Counted from the stretch's first letter, positions 36,164 through 46,703 are shown. The stretch is DNA of 49,167 nt from an uncultured Myxococcales bacterium (GCA_964013405.1 CAXGWI010000010.1:1-49167); one strand, 5' to 3'. Notes: a model not told the origin generated them from the letters alone. Translations and numbers: made by a program.

Positions 36164-37330
36164 ATGAGTTCGTGTCGGATCCTCGTGATGGACCCCAGTC
36201 CAACGGTTCGTCGCGTGGTGCAATTGGTTCTTGGGCGTCAAGGACACGACGTTCTTGCCACCGGTGTCGCCGCAGAAGGTGCGGATTGGCTGGTTCGGGA
36301 AGATCTCGATCTGCTGATCGCAGATTCTGCGCTGATGTCGCCGGGCTCCAATTTGGCCCAGACAGCACACCGGCAAGGGCTGGGTCATCGAATCCTCCTC
36401 TTGGTGGCGAGAGAATCGGATTTGGCGTCAGCAAACGTGCCCCATCTGTTCAAGCCGGTGACGCCGGACAGGCTGTCCCAGGTCGTCACGTCCCTGCTGC
36501 GGGAGGCAGCGAGTGAGGATGAGAGTGAGTCGGGCGTGGCGGCCATCCCCATGGCCTCGGCCGGGCTCGATCTTAAAGCCTTTGATGTCCGGGGGAACCC
36601 GGTGCTGTGGAGCCGTTTGTCTGCGATTCCTCTTCCCGAGTTGCTCCAGTTGATGCGGGCTCGAGGTGGAGCGACTCAGGTGACCGTTCGGGCCACAGAC
36701 CGGCGGGTGTGCATCACCATGAGGGTTGGCAAGATCGACTTTGTCCAAGCGGAGGGGCTGAGTCGAAGTTATCGCCTCGGATCATACTTGATCCGCACGG
36801 GCGCCATCGCGGAAGAGACGCTCGAGGATTTTTTCGCTGAGGGAAGGGCTGCGGGCCAGCCTCTCGGCAAAGCTCTTGTCGCTGCCCAACTCATCTCATC
36901 CGACCAACTGCGAACAGCGGTGGCCCTTCAGAATTCGGAGTTGGTCTACGAGGTCCTTCGATGGGCTGATGCCGAGGCAGTGGTTTCTGTGGGGGGACAG
37001 CTCTCAGAGTTGGAAGCTGAAACCGGGCTTGGATTAACCATTGAAGAAGTCTTGATGGAGGGCCTGCGTCGAGTGGATGAATGGCAGCGCCTAGAGCGAG
37101 ATTTACCATCCATGGACGCGATCCTTGAGCCGAACTTGGTGGTGATCAACGGCTTCGATCTCTCCAAGCTGTCGGCGAGCGAGCGGGATGTGTTGACTCG
37201 TTTTCGCGGTGGAGCAACCCTTCGGGAGGTACTTGGTGAATCGGAGGAACAGTCCTTTGACCTTTGTCGCGCGGTGCACCTTTTGATGGGGGCTCGGATT
37301 CTACGTGAGCGGCCGGAGGCAGCACCTTGA
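36164..37330 (+). CDS. Response regulator with DUF4388 (PatA-like) domain
   Basis: REC domain (ILVMD, LLIAD, LFKPV). L..IPLPELLQL, RLGSYLI..G.I and LMEGLRRVDEW. ATG follows GGAG. Confidence 0.85.
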   Translation: MSSCRILVMDPSPTVRRVVQLVLGRQGHDVLATGVAAEGADWLVREDLDLLIADSALMSPGSNLAQTAHRQGLGHRILLLVARESDLASANVPHLFKPVTPDRLSQVVTSLLREAASEDESESGVAAIPMASAGLDLKAFDVRGNPVLWSRLSAIPLPELLQLMRARGGATQVTVRATDRRVCITMRVGKIDFVQAEGLSRSYRLGSYLIRTGAIAEETLEDFFAEGRAAGQPLGKALVAAQLISSDQLRTAVALQNSELVYEVLRWADAEAVVSVGGQLSELEAETGLGLTIEEVLMEGLRRVDEWQRLERDLPSMDAILEPNLVVINGFDLSKLSASERDVLTRFRGGATLREVLGESEEQSFDLCRAVHLLMGARILRERPEAAP

Positions 37331-38559
37331 TTACAGCGATTCTTCTGCTGTCGACCCAAACGGCGCCCCTGGATGCCGATTGGATCGAGCGTTTCACCCT
37401 GGCTGCAGACCGATTGACGCTGGCGGCTGTTGAAGCCTCTGGTCAGACCCGGGACCTTGAGGAGTTGTGGGTTAGCGGCGAGACGGAGCAGGTCCTCGAA
37501 CTTCTCAATGGTCGGGCCTGTATCGTGTCTTCCCGGACGGCCACCGGCGGTTTAACTTGCGCAGCCGGAGGTCCCCTGCCCGATGGCAACTTGGAGACGG
37601 CAGGCTTTCACAATGACCGGGGCCGGCGCCTAGATCGTCTGCGTGGTGGTGGTCAGGCTTTTCTACTCACCGGCATTCAGGGCACGGAATGGCGATTGCT
37701 GGCCTGGATTGATGCGTCTCGTGGCGTCGTTCTCGGTCCCGGTGTCAGCACGGCCCAGCCCGATCAACCCCTCATCCTGTCACCGGAGCCAGCCGCTGCA
37801 ACGGGTTTGCCGTGGTGGTTCTGGCCCCTTTGCTTGGGCTTGGTGATGCTCGGGATGATCTGGGGGCGTCGCCACCGGCGCGGTTTCTCCCAGGAAGAGA
37901 TGGATGCCCATATCGAAGCAGAGCGACAGCGGGCCCATGACCTCGTCCATGCCATGGATCGTCTTTTTGAGACCCAGGCGGCCTTAGCCAAGGGCATCGA
38001 GCGAGGGGATGTGCTGCCGGAGCCAAGTCGATGGGGGCATCAGCAGGTCGGCGAGGCGATGAACGCCCTTTTTGGTCGTTGGCGAGACGCTGCGCAAGAG
38101 GTTGGCGAGTCCCTGGAGCGACTCCTTGAGGGGAGTGAGCCCCGTGATCGGGAACTGGAGATCGAGCATTGGCTGGATGAGAAGTTGGCCCCATTGAGCC
38201 AGTTGGGAACACTGCTTTCCCAATTGGCGATTGTGATGGAGCAGCAGGGGGAAATGAGGCGTTCCCGTCAGTTGCGAGCCCGTCGGGCTGGCTTGCTGCG
38301 TTATGTGGACACGCTGCGGATGGAGATTCTGACGCTGCAATTGGAAGGCAGTCAGGCGGTGACGCGACACCGGAACCTTGCCCTGTTAAGCGATAGCGTC
38401 GATCAACTTTTGCGCCAGGTGGGGGGGCGTATCGAAGAACTCGATGGGGAGGAGTCGAAGATTCCGGTCCTTTCTGATCTGCGTCGCCGCCTCCTGCCCT
38501 TTGACCAGACTGAATCCCAGCCCGCTGATGAACGTCGGAGCACGGCAAGGAGGATGTGA
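37327..38559 (+). CDS. Hypothetical membrane protein with HAMP/MCP-like helical cytoplasmic part
   Basis: TTGA overlap, one clear TM (WWFWPLCLGLVMLGMIWG) and a helical C-terminal half. Confidence 0.6.
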   Translation: MITAILLLSTQTAPLDADWIERFTLAADRLTLAAVEASGQTRDLEELWVSGETEQVLELLNGRACIVSSRTATGGLTCAAGGPLPDGNLETAGFHNDRGRRLDRLRGGGQAFLLTGIQGTEWRLLAWIDASRGVVLGPGVSTAQPDQPLILSPEPAAATGLPWWFWPLCLGLVMLGMIWGRRHRRGFSQEEMDAHIEAERQRAHDLVHAMDRLFETQAALAKGIERGDVLPEPSRWGHQQVGEAMNALFGRWRDAAQEVGESLERLLEGSEPRDRELEIEHWLDEKLAPLSQLGTLLSQLAIVMEQQGEMRRSRQLRARRAGLLRYVDTLRMEILTLQLEGSQAVTRHRNLALLSDSVDQLLRQVGGRIEELDGEESKIPVLSDLRRRLLPFDQTESQPADERRSTARRM

Positions 38560-39206
38560 TGACCGCCTTTTGGACAGCAATGCTCAGCCTTTTTTCGGCG
38601 CCTGTCGCTACCGCACCCGCGCCCCCGCTCGACGTAGAAAGCATCATTCAGGGGGTGGAGCGGGCCTATAATCAAACCGATAGCCTCGAAGCCCGCTTCG
38701 AGCAGCGGTATCATTCCAAGGTCTTTAGACGGACCCGGCTGTCCAAGGGGACCGTTCGATTTGCGCGTCCGGGCCTGATGGACTGGCAGTACGAGTCTCC
38801 CAAGCGACGGCGCTATCTGCTCGATGGCAAGGATCTCTGGGTCCATCGAGTGGACGAAGGGGAGTTGATGGTCCGGCGTGACTACGATGGGGGTGAACTT
38901 CAGGCAGCCCTCCGGTTTCTATGGGGGCGCGGTCGACTCGATAAGGGTTTCAAAGTGACCCTGTTGAAGCAGGATGGTAAGCGCGCGCTTCTGCGCTTGG
39001 TGCCTGAGCGGCCGAGTGGTCACTATAAGCAGGTTCGCCTTGCGGTCCGCCTCAGTGACTTCCGGATCAGTGATTCCGTTGTGGTGGACGCCCAAGGTAA
39101 TGAAAATCGCTTCAAGTTCATCGCGGCGAAGTACGACCGGAAACTCGTCGCAGGGGACTTCCGTTTTCAGCCTCCCAAAGGGCTCAAGATCACCGAAGTG
39201 CCCTAG
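38556..39206 (+). CDS. lolA: Outer-membrane lipoprotein carrier protein LolA
   Basis: Signal peptide, L.ARFEQ, SKGTV.FARPG...W.Y..P, DGK.LW, D.QGN.NRF.F and F.FQPPKG. Confidence 0.88.
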   Translation: MMTAFWTAMLSLFSAPVATAPAPPLDVESIIQGVERAYNQTDSLEARFEQRYHSKVFRRTRLSKGTVRFARPGLMDWQYESPKRRRYLLDGKDLWVHRVDEGELMVRRDYDGGELQAALRFLWGRGRLDKGFKVTLLKQDGKRALLRLVPERPSGHYKQVRLAVRLSDFRISDSVVVDAQGNENRFKFIAAKYDRKLVAGDFRFQPPKGLKITEVP

Positions 39207-39256
39207 CGATGTGACAGCGGCCGCGCCCTGTGGCAAACCATGGGCGGAATCAAACC

Positions 39257-42028
39257 ATGATCCTGTTTCCTGCCCTGCTCTTCTCTGTCGCCAGTCCATG
39301 GTCGCCGCCAGCGGCCTTTCAGCACAGCTACGTTCAGCGTCGAAGCGAGAAGATTGAGATCTCAGCGGCGCCTGACTTTGTGGTGGTGAAGACAGCCAGT
39401 CTAAAGACACTCCGCAGCAACCTGCCGGCGGGCGTCGAGGTCGTCGCCGCCTTTGGTCACGATGGTCTCGTTGAGTTGCGTCGAACGACGCCATCGTTGC
39501 GGGGGCTACTGGAGTCCCTTCGCCCCCTGCAGCGGCGCCGAGTGATTCAGCGGGTCTTTCCCGTATGGCGTCGAGGTGTCGATGGGCGTGCCCATGTGGA
39601 CGACCGAGTGATCTTCAGGCTTCGGCGAGCGGCTGATTTGGCTGCAGTGAAGGCCTTAGGGCTGGGCGATCTGAGGGCGGCCCGGGGTTTGCCGCTGACC
39701 TGGACTGCCAAGGCGCCGGATGGTGATGCGGTGGGAACCACCAATCGTTTCGCCGATGCGCCGGCATTTGTTTGGATCGAGCCCGACTGGTTCTTTTGGC
39801 CCAAGCCGCTGTGGACGCCCGATGATCCGCTGTTGGAGCGGGCATGGCATCTTGCTCCGGAGGGGGTGGCCGGTCTTCGCGCTGAGGCAGCCTGGGATCG
39901 GGTCCGGGGGGCGGGCGTCCGTGTCGGTGTCATCGACACGGGGATCCAGACGGACCATCCAGATCTCAATGTGCTTGCGGGTTACGACGTCATCGGTGGC
40001 GATGACGACCCCTCGCCGGAGTGCTCGGCTGCTCGGGATGGTCGTGGTCGGGCCGAGGGTTGCCCCAATGATGCCCGTTTTATGGAGTCCCACGGTACGG
40101 CGGTGGCCGGCATTACAGCCGCGACCGGCAACAACGCTTTGGGGACGGTCGGCGTCTGTCCCGAATGTTTGGTTTTGGGGGTTCGGATGATTAACCGCTC
40201 CGCCGGAAGGCGGCGCAGCCATGCGGACGCGATCCGCTGGCTCTCCGATCAGCGAGCAGCGGTGGTCAACAACTCCTGGGGCCCCTCGGTGAGCCGGTAC
40301 TTCCCCTTCAGTTTGGCCGAAGAAGAGGCCTTCGCCTACGCTGCCGCAGGCCGGGACGGTCTGGGGACGCTGTTCTTGTATGCGGCCGGCAACGACCACT
40401 TTCAGGATACGGGCATCAACCCTTACCTAACCCACCCCCACAGTGTTGCTGTGAGCGCATCCACACGCCAGGGGGACCTCGCCTGCTATTCCAATGTAGG
40501 GCCTGATATCGATGTTTCAGCCCCTTCCAAGGGCTGCTTCGATGGTGAGGGCGGTTTGACCACCGTCGATGTGGCTGGGGTCAATGGCTACACCGATAAC
40601 GATTATTACCATGACATGGGCGGGACGTCTGGAGCCTGCCCCGTTGCGACAGGGGTAGCGGCCTTGATCGTCGCAGCGAATCCGGCCCTGAACCATCGGC
40701 AGGTGAAGTTGGTTTTAAGCGCCAGCACACAAGCCAACACGCCCAATGTGGATGGCTGGGTTCAAAGGGGGCGGAGCGCTGCACTTTTTGAACGGGACGA
40801 CCGGGGCTGGAGCGCCGCTTTCGGCTTCGGTCGAGTCGATGCCTTAGCCGCCGTAGAACTGGCCGAGGGATTCCGTCAGGACGGTCCCTGCACCGATGAC
40901 TGTGAGGCCTGTGTCGATGGGCGCTGCGCCGAGCGCTGCGAACAGGATGCGGACTGTCCAGGCAGGAGTCGCTGTGTGGAGGTGGAGAATGGTCGAGCCT
41001 GTCACCTGCCCAGTCTTGATACAAGCCGAGTGGGTGCCCAATGCAGCGATGCCTGTGAGACCTGTGTTCGAAGTGTTGCGACGAACGGCCAGCCCCGGGA
41101 TTTGTGTACGGCCCTGTGTGATGTCGATGAGGACTGCCCGAGCGGTTGGGCCTGCGGCGAGGTGCCGGAGGTAGGCCGGGTATGCCATCCCGGGAGTCGG
41201 GGCTGCGGCCAGCCCTACGATCCAGATGAATGCCCCTCCGGGATCCGGGTCACCGACGACAGGGGCAATGATTATTGTGGCTGTAGCTGCATTCCCGACG
41301 AGCCGGCCCCCGATGCGGCCTTCTGTCCCGATGGATTCTATTGTTCTCAGGCCGACTGTGACTGCACCCGAGAGGGGCCTGGTGGCTGCGTGGAGTTCAC
41401 GTGCGAGGCCACCAGTAGAAACAACACGGGCATGCTCCCCGCATGCTTTCCCCGGGAGGACTTTAGACCACCTTGTGCCCACGACATCGATTGTGGTGGT
41501 GGCGCGATTTGTATTGAGGGGACCTGTGCTGACGACCCCAATACTTGTCGCGCGTGTTCCCAGTGCCGGGCCCATGACGACTGCGGTGAGGGGGGCTTTT
41601 GTGGTGCCCTCGAAGGGGGGCGACGGATCTGTTTGATTCGCTGTAGGACCGATCAAGACTGCGATGGGGATTCGGTGTGTCGAGCTGTAAATGCCGGGGA
41701 TGGTCGGGTTTTTGAGTTCTGTTTGAACAACCCCCAAGAGACCAGCGAGGAGATTTGTCCCGAAGACTATCGCTGCGGTAGCGACATTCCCCGCTGCGAT
41801 GGCGATGAGGACTGTCCCGGTCCCAGTTATCATTGCGATTGGGATGGGCAGTGCCGGGAGGGCGAACTGCGACCCCGCCCCGAGGAGCCCCAACTGCCAG
41901 GCCCCGAGCCCAAGACGGAGCCGCCTCCTGCCTCACCCAGCGGCTGCTCCTGTCAGAAGGTGCCGTTGGTCGACGGTCTCGTGCTCCTCTTTGTTGCAGC
42001 CCTTCTCCGTCGTCGTCGGGCGTCGTGA
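39257..42028 (+). CDS. Secreted subtilisin-like (S8) serine protease with Cys-rich repeats and MYXO-CTERM anchor
   Basis: Catalytic VIDTG, HGTAVAG, AAGN and GTSGACP. Many C-x5-C modules. Tail is Pro linker-GCSC-hydrophobic-RRRR. Confidence 0.92.
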   Translation: MILFPALLFSVASPWSPPAAFQHSYVQRRSEKIEISAAPDFVVVKTASLKTLRSNLPAGVEVVAAFGHDGLVELRRTTPSLRGLLESLRPLQRRRVIQRVFPVWRRGVDGRAHVDDRVIFRLRRAADLAAVKALGLGDLRAARGLPLTWTAKAPDGDAVGTTNRFADAPAFVWIEPDWFFWPKPLWTPDDPLLERAWHLAPEGVAGLRAEAAWDRVRGAGVRVGVIDTGIQTDHPDLNVLAGYDVIGGDDDPSPECSAARDGRGRAEGCPNDARFMESHGTAVAGITAATGNNALGTVGVCPECLVLGVRMINRSAGRRRSHADAIRWLSDQRAAVVNNSWGPSVSRYFPFSLAEEEAFAYAAAGRDGLGTLFLYAAGNDHFQDTGINPYLTHPHSVAVSASTRQGDLACYSNVGPDIDVSAPSKGCFDGEGGLTTVDVAGVNGYTDNDYYHDMGGTSGACPVATGVAALIVAANPALNHRQVKLVLSASTQANTPNVDGWVQRGRSAALFERDDRGWSAAFGFGRVDALAAVELAEGFRQDGPCTDDCEACVDGRCAERCEQDADCPGRSRCVEVENGRACHLPSLDTSRVGAQCSDACETCVRSVATNGQPRDLCTALCDVDEDCPSGWACGEVPEVGRVCHPGSRGCGQPYDPDECPSGIRVTDDRGNDYCGCSCIPDEPAPDAAFCPDGFYCSQADCDCTREGPGGCVEFTCEATSRNNTGMLPACFPREDFRPPCAHDIDCGGGAICIEGTCADDPNTCRACSQCRAHDDCGEGGFCGALEGGRRICLIRCRTDQDCDGDSVCRAVNAGDGRVFEFCLNNPQETSEEICPEDYRCGSDIPRCDGDEDCPGPSYHCDWDGQCREGELRPRPEEPQLPGPEPKTEPPPASPSGCSCQKVPLVDGLVLLFVAALLRRRRAS

Positions 42029-42054
42029 CAGAAGAAGGCAATCCAGGCTACACT
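42025..42054 (+). promoter_or_regulatory. Candidate sigma-70 promoter
   Basis: GTGACA-18 nt-TACACT, 28 bp upstream of the 42083 ATG. Confidence 0.35.
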
Positions 42055-42082
42055 GCCGCCACTGCGGTGTTTCGGAAGTGAA

Positions 42083-44173
42083 ATGGGTCGAATTGTTCGC
42101 ACATCGCTGATGGTCTTCATCGCTTTGGCGGGCTGTCAGTGTGAGGAAGAGCGCATCACTCGCGTCTGTCTCGACGACAGCGAATGCGATTCGGGACTCA
42201 TCTGCGACAATGGGGCCTGTCGGCCGGGCAAGAGGACCTGCCTTAAAGGTGTTATCGAAGAAGATTGTGAGCGCTGTGCCGGCCGGGAAGATTGTCCTGA
42301 TGGGAGTCGATGTTCTCGTTCGGGACTCTGTATTCCGCCGCAGTGCGACCAGGACCAAGATTGTGCGCAAAGCTGCCAGGATGGTGCCAGCCAACTTGAG
42401 GTCTGTGCGGTGGATGAAGAGTCGGGATGGCGCCGTTGTGTCGATTTTACCTGTGAACTGGACTCGGAATGTGCGGAACGCTTTGCCGAGGTGCCCGATG
42501 GATTGATCCCAGTCTGTGTTGCTCGCGGTTGTCGCTGCCGCAACCCCTGTGGCGGCGAATGTCCCTCGGGCCAGGTGTGCTGTGGGGAGGACGGTAACGA
42601 ACAGTATGGTCAATGCATCGAGCCCCCAGAGGCCTGTGCATCCACGACCTGTGGTCTTGGCTTTGAAGCCAACCAGGTCGACCCTGGAGCCTGGTCGATC
42701 GGTCGCTGCCTGACAGCCGATGAAGTTTGTGAATGCGTCGAACGACCCCACCTGCCCATGGGGGACTTCGGGATCCACTCCGATATTGCAACCGCTGGTG
42801 GCCAGGCGGTGATCGCAGCCTACAACAGCCATTACGGCGATTTGCTCATCGGTGTTGGCGACAGTGATTCCATGCACTGGCAGTTCATCGATGGGGTTCC
42901 GCCGCCCACCGAAGAGACGGTCACTGGCGGGCCGAGCGGTCCCCGAGCCGGTATCTCGGCGCCAGGTGAGGATGTTGGTCGCTACCCGGCCATCACCATC
43001 GGCCGAGACCAGACGATACACCTTGTCTATCAGCACGTGGATGAGGGGGGGCTGATCTATGCTCGGTCGCTCTGCGGGCTTGGTTGCGATGAAGGGGCGA
43101 TCTGTGCATCCGATGGCCGCTGCCGTCAGCCCGAGGCAACTTGCGACGGGAACTGTTTCCCTTCCGAAGCCTGTATCCGGGGTCAATGTCTCAACCGAGC
43201 GGGTCGTAATCGCTTCTATCGGGTGGAGTTGGACGACGATGGGGATGGGGCCTACTTCAGTGATATCGAGTTGGATGAAGGCCAATGGCCGTGGATTGTG
43301 AGCGCTAAGCACCAGGTTGACCTCGGTCGGGGGCTTGAAGCCCGGATGGTTGCCTATCGAGGTCAAGATGCGGCCCCTTCGAGCCGCGCTGACTTTGCGG
43401 TCTCTGCACCGAGCGAGATCGCCGAGCCCCTCGAGGGTTATGCCTGCCAGGGGGGTTGCCCGGTTGGCACCCTGTGCGGCGATCCTGGGGGGCGATGCTA
43501 CCCGACCACTCAGGATTGCGACCCCCTCTGTGCAGAGACCGAGTTTTGTAGCGAAGGGCTCTGCATGGAACGGGTCTTTGACCCCCCTCGTCTCGAGCCT
43601 GTTGTGGCGAATGCGCACAATAGGATCGTGCGGATTGGGCAGTCGCTAGAAGCCGTCTGGCACGATCCCGTCGCCGATCAGGTCATGCTCTGGACCCTTG
43701 GCGATACGCCGAGACCAGCGGGCCTTGAGGGTGGCGACTTTGTCACGATGGCGGCTCTCGGTGGGACCCGACACCTTGCGTTTCTCCGGGATGAAACGCT
43801 CATCTACGCCCAGGTGAACGGGCGGGGAGAGATCATCCACGAGGAAGTTGTGGATAATGGATTTCGCCAGCGTGATGGTTTTTCGGAGCAGCACGTGATG
43901 GCGGAGCCTGCCCTGGATTTGGCCCCCGATGGCACGCTGACACTGTACTGGCAGGACGCGAGTTTTCAGGATGTTTTGATGGCTCAACGCAACCCGGGGG
44001 ATGACCAGTTTGGCGAAACCTCGACCCTCCTTGGGGCCGAAGATCCCTACGAAGGTGGCTACGGATTTGCCAATCGGGTTGCTCGCGCGGAGGATACGGC
44101 ATGGTTCTCGACGTACAGGTTCCATCTTGCTGATGATCTACCGGACAATGGTCTCATCCTTCTTGCGCGCTAG
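42083..44173 (+). CDS. Cys-rich lipoprotein with probable beta-propeller
   Basis: Lipobox LAGC then QC, repeated C-x5-C modules, and blade-like repeats (G.HSDIA, DVGRYPAI, G.FSDIELD) interrupted by Cys modules. Confidence 0.8.
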   Translation: MGRIVRTSLMVFIALAGCQCEEERITRVCLDDSECDSGLICDNGACRPGKRTCLKGVIEEDCERCAGREDCPDGSRCSRSGLCIPPQCDQDQDCAQSCQDGASQLEVCAVDEESGWRRCVDFTCELDSECAERFAEVPDGLIPVCVARGCRCRNPCGGECPSGQVCCGEDGNEQYGQCIEPPEACASTTCGLGFEANQVDPGAWSIGRCLTADEVCECVERPHLPMGDFGIHSDIATAGGQAVIAAYNSHYGDLLIGVGDSDSMHWQFIDGVPPPTEETVTGGPSGPRAGISAPGEDVGRYPAITIGRDQTIHLVYQHVDEGGLIYARSLCGLGCDEGAICASDGRCRQPEATCDGNCFPSEACIRGQCLNRAGRNRFYRVELDDDGDGAYFSDIELDEGQWPWIVSAKHQVDLGRGLEARMVAYRGQDAAPSSRADFAVSAPSEIAEPLEGYACQGGCPVGTLCGDPGGRCYPTTQDCDPLCAETEFCSEGLCMERVFDPPRLEPVVANAHNRIVRIGQSLEAVWHDPVADQVMLWTLGDTPRPAGLEGGDFVTMAALGGTRHLAFLRDETLIYAQVNGRGEIIHEEVVDNGFRQRDGFSEQHVMAEPALDLAPDGTLTLYWQDASFQDVLMAQRNPGDDQFGETSTLLGAEDPYEGGYGFANRVARAEDTAWFSTYRFHLADDLPDNGLILLAR

Positions 44174-46703
44174 TCGACGTTCTGCCGGTGGGCTCGCCCT
44201 CCTTTTGCTGCTCGCCCCAACGGGCGCTTATGGGTCGGAAAGTGAGCCCGAGCTCGGCGCGGGCGAAGTCCCGGAGCAAGTCGCCATCGAAGAGGAGACG
44301 AGTGAAGCACTCGCCAAGGAAGAGGATAAGAACGCAACTCGGAAGGCGGTGGAGGCGAAAGCGCCCAAGCTCTTGTTGTTGCCCATCCATTTCGACCCCA
44401 AACTCAAGTTAGGTCGCGACCGACAAATCAGCTTCTTTTTCGCCATCAAGAATGCCTCTCGTAGAGAGGGCTCTTTCCGGGTTCGTACGCTCAAGGACTT
44501 GGAGTTGGAGGCAGAGGAGCTCCATAGTTATGCAAAGATCTGCCGGGACGACGGCTGTCTTTATGAGGCCCTCGCCAACACCGAACTCCCCCATTTCCTT
44601 CGGGTCTCTGTCCTCGAGGCAGCCGGAGGCGCTGTCACGGTTCGAGTGGTGGCTCATTCCGTGGAGCATCGACGGGCCTATCAGCCGGTGGAAGCAACCT
44701 ACAGCGCTCAGGAGGGTGGGACGACTGCGGTCCAAGTGGCCCGGAGTCAAATCGCCCGCTTGGTTCGCTTGGGTGTCTGGTCTTTGCCGCCGCCCCGGCT
44801 GCCCGATGGGTCGGCACCCGTGGCCGACTCTGCGTTGATTGTTGAAGCCCCTCACGGCGCATTCATCTCGGTCGATGGTGTGGTGCGCGGTGAGATCGAA
44901 GAACACAACATGACTCGCATCGAAATGCCGGGGGGCAAGAGCTACCAACTCAAAGCCGAGATCGAGGGCTTGAAGGCCGACGAAGTGAAGGTGGACCTCG
45001 GTCCCGCCAGTACGGTCCGCCTCAAGTTGGAGCCCAGTCTATCGGGGAGTGCGGAGCAAGTGGGCAAAGCCCTCAAGGAAGCAAGCGATCAAGGGCCCCA
45101 GGCGAAGCGGCGACGAGTGGGCCGGTTGGTGGTGAAGGTGAAAGCCAAGCCAGGGGCGGACGTTTATCTCGATGGCGAATGGATCGGCGAGAACCCGCTG
45201 ACCTACGATCAATGCCCAGTGGGCAGTCATAAGGTCGTGATTCGCCATCCCCTCTATTATCGGCTCAAGCGCAGCGATGTGATCTGCCAAGCCGGCAAGG
45301 TGATGCGGATCGAAGCCAGTATGCTGCCCAGGTACGGTCGGATTAAGGTGCAAACCAAGCCGGCCGGGGCCGGCGTCCTTCTCGATGGTGATCCGGTGGG
45401 CAAAACGCCGATCACGATTGATGAGGTGACTTCGGGGACCCATCGGGTTCAGATTCAGGATGATCGTTTTGAATCACCGGTTCGTCGAGTGAAGGTGGTC
45501 GAGCACCAGACCGCCTCCGTCTGGTTGCCGCTGAAAAAGCGGTTCGGCTACCTGCAGGTCAAAGGCTACCCGAAAGACCTGACCGTGAGTGGTCGAGGGC
45601 GGAAGGTGAAATTACGGGAGGGCGAAGGCATTCTCGCCCTCCCCCCCGGTCGCACCGAGGTGACATGTTCAGCACCTTTTTATAAGCCGGTGAAGCGGTG
45701 GGTTCGTCTCAGTCGAGGGCAGAACTGGCCCTTCAATTGCGGTGAGTTGAAGGCCATTGCTACTCGCCTCAAAGTTCATGATCCCGGCCACCCTGGGCGC
45801 TTGGTCGTGGACGGCAAAGTGGTCGCACGGGTGCCTGCAGAGGTGGCGATCGAGCCGGGTAAGCACGTGATTGAGGTGCGTCCAGACGCCCATTCGATGA
45901 AGGGATATCGGACCGAGGTGGTGGTTGCGGACCAGGACCTTGTGGAGATCCACCCAAAATTTGTTTTCTCCGTTGGCGGGCTCAAGGTGAGCAGTCGCCC
46001 AAGCGGCGCCATGGTCTATCTCGATGGCAAAGAGATCGGCACGACCCCTTTTGAGAAGAAGGATCTTCCTACGGGAATTTACGTTCTTGAGATCAAACTG
46101 AAAGGTTACGACCCTTATGGGCGGCGCTTGGGCGTTGGCGAGAACGAGGTCGTCACCATCAGCCCGCCGCCGCTGAAACGACGGGGTTTGCTGCGCGTTC
46201 AGGTCGAGCCGCCCGGTGCCACGATTTATGTGGGGGGGAAGGCCATGGGGCGTAGCCCCCTCGAAATCGATGATCTTCCTTATGGATTTTATGACGTGAC
46301 CGCCAAGAGAGAGGGCTGGACCGAACGCAGCGCTGAAGTGGAAGTTAAGGATGGCGAAGAGACGGTGCTTCGCCTCAAGCCAATGCGGCCTTTGAGTTTG
46401 GTCAACGCCCCCTTTTACGACCGGGTGCCGAAGGGGCGCCTTTTGCTCTTTGGGGGCTTAGGCATGGTTGCGGTTGGTGCGGGCTCCTACATGGGCGGGC
46501 AGGCGTTGAGAGCCTCGGCGCCCAGCCTCTACGACCAAGCCAACGGTGTGACCGATCGGGACGCAGCCCTCGATTTCATCGATCGTGGAAGAAATCAGGA
46601 TCGAATGGGCCAGGGGTTGATGAGCGCATCCGGTTTGGCGGGGCTGCTTGGCGTGGTTGGCGTGGGCACTTACCTCTACCGCTTTCCCTGGGGTGACTTG
46701 TGA
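44148..46703 (+). CDS. Secreted multi-PEGA domain protein
   Basis: Signal peptide from ATG 44148 (the ORF extends to 44001). Repeated P.GA.V.LDG..IG.TP......G.H/Y PEGA units and a C-terminal Gly-rich hydrophobic hairpin. Confidence 0.88.
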   Translation: MVSSFLRASRRSAGGLALLLLLAPTGAYGSESEPELGAGEVPEQVAIEEETSEALAKEEDKNATRKAVEAKAPKLLLLPIHFDPKLKLGRDRQISFFFAIKNASRREGSFRVRTLKDLELEAEELHSYAKICRDDGCLYEALANTELPHFLRVSVLEAAGGAVTVRVVAHSVEHRRAYQPVEATYSAQEGGTTAVQVARSQIARLVRLGVWSLPPPRLPDGSAPVADSALIVEAPHGAFISVDGVVRGEIEEHNMTRIEMPGGKSYQLKAEIEGLKADEVKVDLGPASTVRLKLEPSLSGSAEQVGKALKEASDQGPQAKRRRVGRLVVKVKAKPGADVYLDGEWIGENPLTYDQCPVGSHKVVIRHPLYYRLKRSDVICQAGKVMRIEASMLPRYGRIKVQTKPAGAGVLLDGDPVGKTPITIDEVTSGTHRVQIQDDRFESPVRRVKVVEHQTASVWLPLKKRFGYLQVKGYPKDLTVSGRGRKVKLREGEGILALPPGRTEVTCSAPFYKPVKRWVRLSRGQNWPFNCGELKAIATRLKVHDPGHPGRLVVDGKVVARVPAEVAIEPGKHVIEVRPDAHSMKGYRTEVVVADQDLVEIHPKFVFSVGGLKVSSRPSGAMVYLDGKEIGTTPFEKKDLPTGIYVLEIKLKGYDPYGRRLGVGENEVVTISPPPLKRRGLLRVQVEPPGATIYVGGKAMGRSPLEIDDLPYGFYDVTAKREGWTERSAEVEVKDGEETVLRLKPMRPLSLVNAPFYDRVPKGRLLLFGGLGMVAVGAGSYMGGQALRASAPSLYDQANGVTDRDAALDFIDRGRNQDRMGQGLMSASGLAGLLGVVGVGTYLYRFPWGDL

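Noticed and set aside
40844..43618. Long antisense ORFs (349 aa and 561 aa)
   Set aside because: They are shadows of GC-rich, Cys/Asp-rich sense genes, with no motifs and atypical composition.
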